Source of the DNA: Verrucomicrobiales bacterium
Lineage (GTDB): Bacteria > Verrucomicrobiota > Verrucomicrobiia > Verrucomicrobiales > V1-33
Reading direction: 5' to 3'
Assembly (NCBI GenBank): GCA_031411295.1
Contig: JANOAV010000134.1
Coordinates: 32,001-96,000 of the forward strand
DNA: 64,000 bases
Part shown: positions 44,782 to 53,900 of the stretch, piece by piece
How the letters are laid out: the number at the start of each line of letters is the position of its first letter
Numbering within the stretch: the stretch's first letter is position 1
The notes under the pieces: model-generated
The model's database searches: none
What the model was told of the DNA's origin: nothing
Seen by the model: only the letters and a program-made list of their open reading frames with translations
Made by a program: the position numbers and the translations under genes

Positions 44782-45842
44782 AGGTGGTGAAGTCTGTGAT
44801 AGACACATTTTCTCAAAAGGTATTCATCAATTGCCCTTTTGATCCTGAGTATCGACCGATGCTGTTGGCGACGATCTTCGCAGTTCAGTATCTAGGACTA
44901 ATTCCTATGCTAGCGTTAGATTCGCAAGACTCAGGAGAGGTTCGATTCCACAAAATTGTCGATTTGATAAGCACGTGCCAATACGGGATTCATGACCTCT
45001 CGAGGTGCACCGCTGAGGAGAAAGGGGAATTCTTTCGATTGAATATGCCCCTAGAACTGGGTCTTGATTTGGGAGCAAGATACTTTGGCTCAGATCAGCT
45101 ACGAAAAAAGAAATGCCTCATTATGGAAACCGAGCGATACCGCTATCAAAAAGCGATTTCAGATATTGGGGGCTCGGATATTAAAGCGCACAAGAACAGT
45201 CCAGACGAAGTAATTCGCATCATCCGAGATTGGCTTGTAACGGATGCCAAACCGAGGTGGTGTCCCCCTGCGTCTGAAATATTGGCGCGTTATTTTGACT
45301 TTCTAGCGGATGAGCATGACCGCATTGTAAAGCTGGTTTGGCAACCAAATGAGGTTGCACGCATCCAAGTGCCTGAATTTAAGCGGAACGCGGGGGCATG
45401 GATCCGGAGAAATTACACGATTATTGCCAACAAAGGAAGCTTACCAGTTGGAATTAAGATAAAGGGAAGCCCAGGCCTTGTTCACAGTCCCTATGACACA
45501 ACTGGCAGAGTGGATGTAAAAGGGATACCAAAGGGAACGAAAGTCGAATGCCCCTACACTGGCGGACATTTCTTAGTCCCTTCGCAGAGACCAGTTCCGA
45601 CCAGTCGCAGCCCGAATGGATCTGCTGTAGCCGCCCCTCGCCCCTCAATATTTCCCAATTTCCCTCTTGCCACCCCGGCGGCTCCCCTTAGATTCCGCGC
45701 TCTATTTTCAGCGTCATTGATCTCAGTAGGAGCCCCATGTGAGATCAAATTGATGACCCATTCCCGGTTCGGAATTTCCTTAAAACGAAATTTTGTGTCA
45801 GGAGCGGAACATCGGCTGGGGGGCAACGTCGGAAATAATTAA
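44778..45842 (+). CDS. TIR / nucleoside 2-deoxyribosyltransferase-like domain protein with C-terminal SPY..VDV..CPYTG..FLVP mini-domain
   Basis: 'VFINCPFD..Y', 'RFHKIVDLI..CQYGIHDLSR', 'NMPLELG', 'ISDIGG.DI..H'. Residues after 45581 are probably read-through. Confidence 0.7.
   Translation: MKVVKSVIDTFSQKVFINCPFDPEYRPMLLATIFAVQYLGLIPMLALDSQDSGEVRFHKIVDLISTCQYGIHDLSRCTAEEKGEFFRLNMPLELGLDLGARYFGSDQLRKKKCLIMETERYRYQKAISDIGGSDIKAHKNSPDEVIRIIRDWLVTDAKPRWCPPASEILARYFDFLADEHDRIVKLVWQPNEVARIQVPEFKRNAGAWIRRNYTIIANKGSLPVGIKIKGSPGLVHSPYDTTGRVDVKGIPKGTKVECPYTGGHFLVPSQRPVPTSRSPNGSAVAAPRPSIFPNFPLATPAAPLRFRALFSASLISVGAPCEIKLMTHSRFGISLKRNFVSGAEHRLGGNVGNN
45667..45694 (+). promoter_or_regulatory. Putative rpsA promoter TTGCCA-N16-TAGATT
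   Basis: Read directly; about 180 nt upstream of the rpsA ATG. Confidence 0.5.
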
Positions 45843-45876
45843 CCACACAACCTAACAACTAACCACATATCACATC

Positions 45877-47553
45877 ATGAGTGCAGCACTCTGGGAACTA
45901 ATTAATGCGCGTCATAAAGACCTGCGCGAAAACACCATCGTTCGTGGAACGATCATCGACATCAAACCGCAAGTCGTCCTCGTGGACATCGGTTACAAAT
46001 CTGAAGGCGTCATTCCTTCTGCAGAATTTGAAGATGAAGACATCCAAGTAGGAGACGAAATCGAAGTCCTCCTCGAAAAACTCGAAAACGATGAGGGCAT
46101 GGTTGTCCTCTCGAAAGAAAAAGCCGCCCACAAACAAAACTGGGACAAGATCGTTAAAGTCTTCCAAGAAGGCGGTCTCGTTAAAGGTAAAGTCAAAGCC
46201 GTCGTCAAAGGTGGTCTTATGGTCAACGTGGGCGTGGAAGCCTTCCTGCCTGGCAGCCAGATCGACATCATTCCTCCCAAGGACCTCAGCGAATACGTCG
46301 GCAACGTTTACGAGTTCAAGATCGTCAAAATCAACGACGAGCGCAAGAACATCGTCCTCAGCCGTCGCGAAGTTATCGAAGCAGAGCGTGCCGAACAACG
46401 TCAGCGCTTCCTCGAAACCGTCAAGATTGGCGACAAAGTGGACGGTGTGGTCAAGAACATCACCGACTTCGGTGCGTTCGTGGACCTCAACGGCATGGAC
46501 GGCCTGCTGCACATCACGGATATGTCGTGGGGCCGCGTGAACCATCCTTCCGAAGTCCTCGTCATCGGTCAGCACCTGCTGGTGCAGATCCTGGACGTCA
46601 ACAAAGAGAAAGAGCGCGTTTCCCTGGGCATCAAGCAGATGCAGAAGAACCCATGGGAAAACATCGAAGCCCGTTACCCAACCGGCACCCACGTCAAAGG
46701 CAAGATCAGCAAGCTGGTGGCCTACGGTGCATTTGCCGAAATCGAAGAAGGCGTCGAAGGCCTCATCCACGTTTCCGAACTCTCCTGGACCAAACGTATC
46801 GCCCGTCCTTCCGACGTGCTTACCGTGGGTCAGGACATTTCCGCCGTGGTGCTGGGCATCAACAAAGAGGAGCAGAAGATCTCCCTCGGCGTGCGCCAAC
46901 TCGACACCAACCCATGGGACGACATCGACGCTCGTTACCCCATCGGTTCCAAGGTCAAGGGCAAGGTCCGCAATCTCACCGCTTATGGTGCGTTCGTGGA
47001 AATGGAAGAAGGCATCGACGGTATGGTGCACGTTTCCGACCTCAGCTGGACCCGCAAGATCAACCACCCATCCGAAACCCTCAAGAAGGGCGACGAAGTG
47101 GAAGCTATCGTGCTGGAAATCGACAAGGCCAACCAACGGATCAGTCTCGGCTGCAAGCAGCTTGAGGGCGATCCATGGAGCGGCATTGACGACAAATTCC
47201 ACGTCGGTGATCTGGTTAAAGGCACCGTGGCGAAGATCGCCAGCTTTGGCGCCTTCATCCAACTGCAAGACGACATCGACGGTCTGGTGCACATCAGCCA
47301 GCTCAGCGAAGACCACGTCAACCGCGTCAAGGACATCATCAAGGTGGGCCAGGAAGTGGACGCTCGCGTCATCAAAGTGGACAAAGTGGAACGCCGCATC
47401 GGCCTCTCCATCAAAGCCGCCAGCTACGACGAAGAGCAACTCAAGCGCGAAACCGCAGCCTTCGAGGCCCTGCGTCCTTCCACGGACATGGTCGGTCTGG
47501 AACAAGCCTTCCAGTTCGCCACCGAAGAATGGCGCCCCGGCCAAACCAAGTAG
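45877..47553 (+). CDS. rpsA: 30S ribosomal protein S1
   Basis: Six S1 repeats: 'DIGYKSEG', 'AFLPGSQID', 'DFGAFVDL.GMDGLLHITDMSW', 'EGLIHVSELSW'; strong codon bias. Confidence 0.98.
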   Translation: MSAALWELINARHKDLRENTIVRGTIIDIKPQVVLVDIGYKSEGVIPSAEFEDEDIQVGDEIEVLLEKLENDEGMVVLSKEKAAHKQNWDKIVKVFQEGGLVKGKVKAVVKGGLMVNVGVEAFLPGSQIDIIPPKDLSEYVGNVYEFKIVKINDERKNIVLSRREVIEAERAEQRQRFLETVKIGDKVDGVVKNITDFGAFVDLNGMDGLLHITDMSWGRVNHPSEVLVIGQHLLVQILDVNKEKERVSLGIKQMQKNPWENIEARYPTGTHVKGKISKLVAYGAFAEIEEGVEGLIHVSELSWTKRIARPSDVLTVGQDISAVVLGINKEEQKISLGVRQLDTNPWDDIDARYPIGSKVKGKVRNLTAYGAFVEMEEGIDGMVHVSDLSWTRKINHPSETLKKGDEVEAIVLEIDKANQRISLGCKQLEGDPWSGIDDKFHVGDLVKGTVAKIASFGAFIQLQDDIDGLVHISQLSEDHVNRVKDIIKVGQEVDARVIKVDKVERRIGLSIKAASYDEEQLKRETAAFEALRPSTDMVGLEQAFQFATEEWRPGQTK

Positions 47554-47579
47554 TGGCATGGGCATCCTGCCCATAAGCC
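47553..47579 (+). repeat. Single REP-like palindrome (GTGG-CATGGGC family)
   Basis: gtggcatgggcatcctgcccataagcc; 24/27 identical to 61951-61977. Confidence 0.75.
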
Positions 47580-47609
47580 AAGCCGCCTAAGTGCGGAACA
47601 AACCTCCCG

Positions 47610-47644
47610 AAAACCCCGTCCGCCGCAAGGCAGGCGGGGTTTTT
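47610..47644 (+). terminator. rpsA intrinsic terminator
   Basis: aaaaccccgtccgcc-gcaa-ggcaggcggggttttt. Confidence 0.8.
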
Positions 47645-47805
47645 GCTTGTGGAGCGGTGTGCTTCCAGTGAAACTCGCGTTTCACCAACAGTCAGTAAAA
47701 TGGGATTTTCTCCCATAAACTCCATCCAACTTCATTCGCCACCCTATTACCCCCCCCATTAATTCCCGTAGCACCCCGAAATCAAACCAACGAGCTTTTC
47801 TTTCG

Positions 47806-47833
47806 TTGCAAGCCTTTGCTACTTGGCCATATT
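47806..47833 (+). promoter_or_regulatory. Putative promoter TTGCAA-N16-CATATT, 7 nt before ATG 47841
   Basis: Read directly. Confidence 0.5.
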
Positions 47834-47840
47834 TGTCGGC

Positions 47841-48308
47841 ATGTCAAATACCCCCAACTTACCTCCCAATTCATTACCCGCCATCGGTCTGGTTGCTACA
47901 CTGACGGCGTTGGAGCGGGCCGAGCTTTGTATTTACGGTGAATTCATCACTCACGAGAAGGGCGGAACGGTTGTGGAACAAGGGCTTCCGCAGTCGTTTC
48001 TTCATCTCGTGATCAGCGGTGAATTCCGTGTTTTCGTCACCTCTGAGGATGCCATCATACCGCTTGGATATATGGAAGCGGGGGAAGCGGTGGGGGAAAT
48101 GACTTTGCTGGAACCCGTCAACGCCAGCGCGAGCGTCGTGGCTAACGCTACGACACAAGCCTGGTGCATCAACAGAACTCGATTTGAGGAATTTACTTCC
48201 GCACAACCAGCCATTGCCGTCAAGGTCCTCAAAGCTATCGCTATTCAACTGGCGCAACGCCTGCGCAAAGGTTCAGAGCGTTTGATTGAAGCGGAGACAG
48301 AAAGCTAA
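47841..48308 (+). CDS. Stand-alone cyclic nucleotide-binding domain protein
   Basis: 'VVEQG....LHLVISG', '[11 protein letters not shown]....SASVVA', 'LAQRLR'; no HTH. Confidence 0.85.
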   Translation: MSNTPNLPPNSLPAIGLVATLTALERAELCIYGEFITHEKGGTVVEQGLPQSFLHLVISGEFRVFVTSEDAIIPLGYMEAGEAVGEMTLLEPVNASASVVANATTQAWCINRTRFEEFTSAQPAIAVKVLKAIAIQLAQRLRKGSERLIEAETES

Positions 48309-48312
48309 ATCG

Positions 48313-49584
48313 ATGTCGCTTTCCAGCAAACTTTTTTCCATTGCCAAGCAATACATCCCTGGCGGAGTCAATAGTCCAGTTCGTGCTTTCCGGAATGTGG
48401 GATCAGATCCATTTTTTGTTCAGCGCGCCAAAGGAAGTAAACTCTGGGATGTTGATGGCAAGCAACTCATTGACTATGTCCTGACATGGGGTCCCGCAAT
48501 TCTTGGCCACGCACCCGAGAGCATCATTTCCGCTGTCCACACCGCAGCGAAAGACGGATTGAGCTTTGGAATCCCTAACGCTTATGAAGTTGAAATGGCC
48601 CGCCTCATCTGCGAGTGGGTCCCATCGATTGAAAAAGTGCGCATGGTCAACAGTGGCACCGAGGCCACGATGAGTTGCATTAGGTTGGCTCGGGGTTACA
48701 CTAACCGGGATCGGGTCGTCAAATTTTCCGGTTGTTACCATGGGCACGTTGATTCATTGCTGGTGGCTGCCGGGAGCGGAGCCCTAACTCATGGCCGTCC
48801 TGATAGCGCGGGCGTTCCTGCTGCGCTGGCAGCGCTAACCACCATCCTGCCGTTCAATGATTTTGCACAGTTGGAGGCACTGTTTGCCAATCAGGGGGAC
48901 GAGATTGCCGCCCTGATTCTGGAGCCGGTGCCAGCCAATGCTGGACTCTATCTTCCCAAGCCCGGGTTCTTGGAGAAAATCCGGGAACTCACTGCCAAAT
49001 ATGGTGCTGTGCTCATTTTTGACGAAGTGATGACAGGATTTCGCTTAGCGAAGGGTGGGGTTCAAGAGCTCAAAAATATTAAGCCTGACCTGACTGCTTT
49101 GGGCAAGGTAATTGGCGGTGGATTGCCGGTCGGCGCATTTGGCGGCAAGCGGGAAATCATGGATTATCTGGCACCCGATGGTCCCGTCTATCAAGCCGGC
49201 ACGCTATCTGGAAATCCTCTAGCCATGGTAGCGGGCTTGACCCAGCTCAAGGAATTGGATAAATCGCGGGCCTATGATCGTTTGGAAGAATTGGGTGCCA
49301 TGCTGGAATCAGGAATCCATGAGATTAAGCGGAAGACGGGGCGCGATTTGACCTTCAATCGAATCGGCAGCATGTTCTGTCTCTATTTCAATGGGAATCC
49401 TGTATGGAACCTTGAGGACGCCAAGAAAAGCGACGCTGCGGCCTTTGTTAGCTTCTTCCATAAATGTTTGGAAGGTGGCATTTACTTGGCTCCTAGTCCC
49501 TATGAAGCGGGATTTCTTTCCACTGCGCACAGTGAGGACGATTTGGCGCAGACACTTGAGGTGATGGCCAAGGCCCTTAGTTAA
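48313..49584 (+). CDS. hemL: Glutamate-1-semialdehyde 2,1-aminomutase
   Basis: '[11 protein letters not shown]', 'NSGTEATM', 'FDEVMTGFR', '[12 protein letters not shown]', '[10 protein letters not shown]'. Confidence 0.97.
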   Translation: MSLSSKLFSIAKQYIPGGVNSPVRAFRNVGSDPFFVQRAKGSKLWDVDGKQLIDYVLTWGPAILGHAPESIISAVHTAAKDGLSFGIPNAYEVEMARLICEWVPSIEKVRMVNSGTEATMSCIRLARGYTNRDRVVKFSGCYHGHVDSLLVAAGSGALTHGRPDSAGVPAALAALTTILPFNDFAQLEALFANQGDEIAALILEPVPANAGLYLPKPGFLEKIRELTAKYGAVLIFDEVMTGFRLAKGGVQELKNIKPDLTALGKVIGGGLPVGAFGGKREIMDYLAPDGPVYQAGTLSGNPLAMVAGLTQLKELDKSRAYDRLEELGAMLESGIHEIKRKTGRDLTFNRIGSMFCLYFNGNPVWNLEDAKKSDAAAFVSFFHKCLEGGIYLAPSPYEAGFLSTAHSEDDLAQTLEVMAKALS

Positions 49585-49612
49585 TGACTGCGCAAAGATT
49601 TGTGGAAACTGC

Positions 49613-50950
49613 TCATACTTCGGCCAGCATTTCTTTGGCATCACCAAAAGTCTGCGGATGCACCTCCATCTTGTCCATCATTGACATAAAGAGCCGACAC
49701 AGTTGGCGCTCTGGTTTTTCCTTATAATCCAGCACTCGGCCTCCCTGAAGGCGGCCTCCAGCACCGCCCAGCACGATTATTGGTAACTGGTCGTTGTCGT
49801 GTTTGGCCCCGGCCATCATGCTGGAGCAATGCATTAGCATGGTATTGTCCAGAAGGGTGCTGGGGCCTTCTTGGATGCTTTCCAACTTGCCTGCGACATA
49901 GGCGAGTTGCTCCATGAAAAATTGATTCACTTTCAAGAAATCATCGCCATCTGAATGGGAGAGCAGATGATGGATCATGTAGTCGATTCCTTGGCCAGCC
50001 TGCTGGACGGAAGGCAGATTGGGGAATCGCAATGCGCTATGATCGTTGTTCAGTTTTAGCGTCGTGATGCGCGTGGTATCGGTCTGGAATCCTAGCACGA
50101 GAATGTCGCTCATCAGCCGCATGTGTTCCGCAATGTCCTGGGGGATTCCATCAGCGGGCCGAGGCCTATTCGGCTTGTCGAGCGTGGGCCGCCAGCCTTG
50201 GATTTCACCGCGTTGGCCTGCATGCTCGATCCGCTTCTCCACATCCCGCACCGAATCCAAATACTCATCCAGTTTACGCTGATCATGATTGCTGATGTTC
50301 TTCCGTAAATTTTGCGCATCTGCCAGCACGGCATCCAGCACGCTCCTGTCACCCGGGGTGACTTCGTCCTTGAAGAGTCGGTCGAACGCCAGCGCTGGAT
50401 ATAATTCCAATGGCGTGGGGGTCGTGGGTGAACTCCAGGAAATGTGCGAACTGTAGAGCATGGAGTAGTTTTTATGCACGGAAGGATTCGATTGTTCGCA
50501 GCCGAGCACGAGACTGGGAACTTTGGTAGAGCGACCATAAGTCTGCGCTAGAAGTTGATCGACGCTTGTGCCAGAGCGGATTTCACCACCGGAGGCGATG
50601 GGGGCGCCTGATAGTAAATTGCCTGTCTGAGAACTATGAATGTTTCCCTTCGTGGCTTCTTGATGATAGAGTCCCTTCACGAACAATAATTTTTCCCGGA
50701 AATCATGGAGTGGAGCCAACACCTTGCCGAGTTCCATGGCCTTGCCTTCGCCCTTGGCCCACCATTCTTTGGAGTGGAATCCATTTCCGGAAAACAAGAC
50801 GGCAAGTCGCACGGGAGCTTCACTTGATGGCTGGTTTTTCTGCGGCTCATCTCCCCAGACATTGAATGACTCTAACCAGGGCAGCGCCATGGAAACACCG
50901 GCCCCGCGGAGAAAGGCGCGACGAGAGAAGTGATGAGATTTTGGATGCAT
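49613..50950 (-). CDS. DUF1552 domain protein (Tat signal)
   Basis: 'SRRAFLRGAGVSMALPWLES', 'SVDQLLA', 'LDEYLDSVRDVE'; follows the DUF1592 gene. Confidence 0.9.
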   Translation of the reverse strand: MHPKSHHFSRRAFLRGAGVSMALPWLESFNVWGDEPQKNQPSSEAPVRLAVLFSGNGFHSKEWWAKGEGKAMELGKVLAPLHDFREKLLFVKGLYHQEATKGNIHSSQTGNLLSGAPIASGGEIRSGTSVDQLLAQTYGRSTKVPSLVLGCEQSNPSVHKNYSMLYSSHISWSSPTTPTPLELYPALAFDRLFKDEVTPGDRSVLDAVLADAQNLRKNISNHDQRKLDEYLDSVRDVEKRIEHAGQRGEIQGWRPTLDKPNRPRPADGIPQDIAEHMRLMSDILVLGFQTDTTRITTLKLNNDHSALRFPNLPSVQQAGQGIDYMIHHLLSHSDGDDFLKVNQFFMEQLAYVAGKLESIQEGPSTLLDNTMLMHCSSMMAGAKHDNDQLPIIVLGGAGGRLQGGRVLDYKEKPERQLCRLFMSMMDKMEVHPQTFGDAKEMLAEV

Positions 50951-50967
50951 GGATTTTGTGCTGGCTG

Positions 50968-53900
50968 CTAGTTTACTTCGTAGTCCCGTCCCCGCACTTC
51001 CCGGAACTGCGGGCTGCGGACAATCAGATCAATTGCGATACTAACTTTATATTGGTTGGCTTGCAACTGCGCAAGCATCGTGTCCAACAGCGGTTTGTCC
51101 GAGTGTTGCACGCTGCGTCCGAGCGCATACCCCAGCAGCTTGCGACAGAATTGGCGTAGAAAATCATCGCTTCGTTGTCCGGTAAGATAAGCCCGTAGTC
51201 CTTCGAAGCCCGCGATTGGAGTTCCGTTCAGTAGTTTAGTGTCGGTGTTGATGGGCAATCCTGCGGCATCCTGAGTGCGCGCCCGGCCAATGGCATCGAA
51301 CCCTTCCAGTGCAAATCCGTAGGGATCGATGCGCTTATGGCAACCGGCACAGTTGTTGTCATTGCTGTGACGTTCGATGAGTTGTCGCTCCGTGAACCCC
51401 TGCGGAGCTTCATCTGGCAGCACGGGCACGCCCTTCGGCGGGCGTGGTAGTTTGTCCCCCAGCAAAACTTCACTGAGCCAATTGCCACGCAAGATTGGGC
51501 TCGTGCGCGAAGCTCCGCTTTGTTTGGCCAGCGTGCTGGCGAACCCCAAGATGCCGCCCCGGCCCTTGGCGCGCAGGCCTTCCACGCGCTGCCAGTCGTC
51601 GCCTTTGGTGGCTATACCATAGTGCTTTGCCAATGCTCCGTTCACGAAACTGTAGTCCGCATCTAGAAGCGAGAGCACCGATCGATCTCCCTGCCAAAGA
51701 TCCATGAAGAAGCGCACCGCTTCCTCCTGCATGGATTCGCGCACCGAGAGGAAGGTGGGGAAATGTCGTTCGCTTTTTTCGTTCAAGGTCGCCACATCCC
51801 TAACATGCAGCCATTGGCAACCGAACTCCGTTGCCAGGCGACGAATATTTTCGTGCTGACAAAGGCGCTGTGCTTCTGCTGCGAGAATGTTGGAACTCTG
51901 CAAACTTCCGGCCGCAGCGAGTGAGCGCAACTCTGCATCGGGAGCGGAGGACCAAAGGAAATAGCTCAGGCGGGTAGCCAATTCCCAATTGCTAACAGGT
52001 GCGGATTTGATTCCGGGCGGGGTCGACTCTCCGCGATAAAGAAAGGCTGGCGACACCAAGACGCGAGTTAGCAGCAAGCGGATCGCCTCCTGATGGGGAA
52101 TCGTTTCCGCGCGCAATTGCTGATACAGTCTCCGCAACTCCTCCTTTTCGGAGACTAGCAGGGGTCTGCGATACGCTTGTTCCGCAAAATTTAGCACCGC
52201 ACCGAGGTGACTGGGTTCCGCGGCCGTGAGTTGCTTTTTGAAATCCTCCGCGCGCTGCTTGATGGGTTCCCGCATGGGGGTGAAGGCGCTGGGGTCAGCG
52301 TCCTGGGTGGCAAATTGCCAAAGCTGTTCAAACGCGTCCACCAACTTCAGTGCATCCTGACTCACAAAATGTAATTCTTGCCAGAGTCGATCCACCTCAG
52401 CCGACTCAGCATCGTCGAGCATGAGTCGGCGCAAGTGATCATCCTCACGATAGTTGAGGGTGAGCGTGACGACCTCGTCCACTGGCACGAGTTTCGTATA
52501 GCACAGCGCGGCGGGGAAGAGTTGGCGAAAGTCCTCCAGATCAGCCTCCACGCGCTTCTGGGCGGCACTGCCGTTTCGGACCAGAATCGGACTATCCGTT
52601 GCCACCGAAACGTCACCATCCGACCACGTGCGTTTCCCTCCCACTGGCTGCACCGCACCGGCAGCAAGACCGGCCGATGTAGGTGGCTTCGTGGTCAGGG
52701 CCTGCATATGCACGCTGCCCTCCGCTCCTGTTGCTTTTTGCAACGTGGTCGTCGCGACAAATTCACAACCTTCTGCCAGGTCCATCGGCAGGCTGATTTC
52801 GATCACGGATGGGGCTTGCACGCAGAGTTGATTCTTTCCGGTAACGAATAGGGCGGGATCTAGCCCCGATGTTCCGGTGGTGTCGTTTCCTTCGCGAAAT
52901 GTTCGATCACGCAACACAGAGCCTAACAGTGGTCCGTTCACCGCTGATAGCAGTTGATGCAATTTGGCGTCAGGCGTTTCTGGCGCGCCCACTGGACCTT
53001 CCAGCAGAAGTTTTTCCATCGCGGTCGCGAGTGATTGCTTGTCGTCAGGGGCACTAGTAGCCATCCATCTTGCCAGTAGGGATCCCTGCGGAAACACCGG
53101 GGTGTTAGTCCCTTCCTTGTCTTGCTCGCTATGGAAATGCCAGACCTCAGCATTTCCGAGGCTGTCGGCATGAGGATTTCCCGCCAGCAGATCGGGCGAT
53201 ACATCCTTGGCCAGATTCCAGTGGTTGGTGCCATCACTCAAATTGATATTTACCGACGTGAGATCACACGAGTGGTTCCCATCCTGAGGACTAACGATCA
53301 GGGAAATGGCGTCGCCCGGCTCCACGCTAAGGTTAGCCAGCGGGCCGAATTTCACTTCGGTGGCATCCTGGGCGATGCCTGCTGCTAAAGCTTGTCGCGT
53401 ATTTCCCCGCCGCAATTCCACCCGCCAGGCCACTCCATTCCCGCAAGCCGTATGCGCATGCTGCACCATGCCATCCAGCTTCAGCGTGGCTGACACGGGA
53501 CTGCGCCAAGTAATGATAACCCTCTGGGTGGGGGAGGGATGAACCGCCACGCTATGCGGCTTCATGTTGCCGGGAATCGTCACCAGCTGATCGGATGAAT
53601 TTGCCACCACGCTAAGAGCATCCGCGCCCGTCCAGCCTTTGATGAAATCATAGTTTTGTGAGGCCTCGGATTTGGTGGTCATATGTCCACCTAGCATCGT
53701 TGGCCCAACTCCCAGCCCCAAGCAATGCAACCAAGCCCCTAATGCTGCAGGATCGAGTCCATGCTTCGCTGCAAGTTCAGCAGGCTTCACATCCGGTGAC
53801 AGCTCTGCAGCCGCAGCTAAGCATTTGGCGGTGTCAGTAAATAACTTCGTGCGCAGCTTCGTCAGGGCCTGAGCCGCGGCTCGCACCTCTTGCAGTGGTA

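Noticed and set aside
45898..47574. 558-aa antisense ORF mirroring rpsA
   Set aside because: In-register shadow of a highly codon-biased gene; no recognisable protein.
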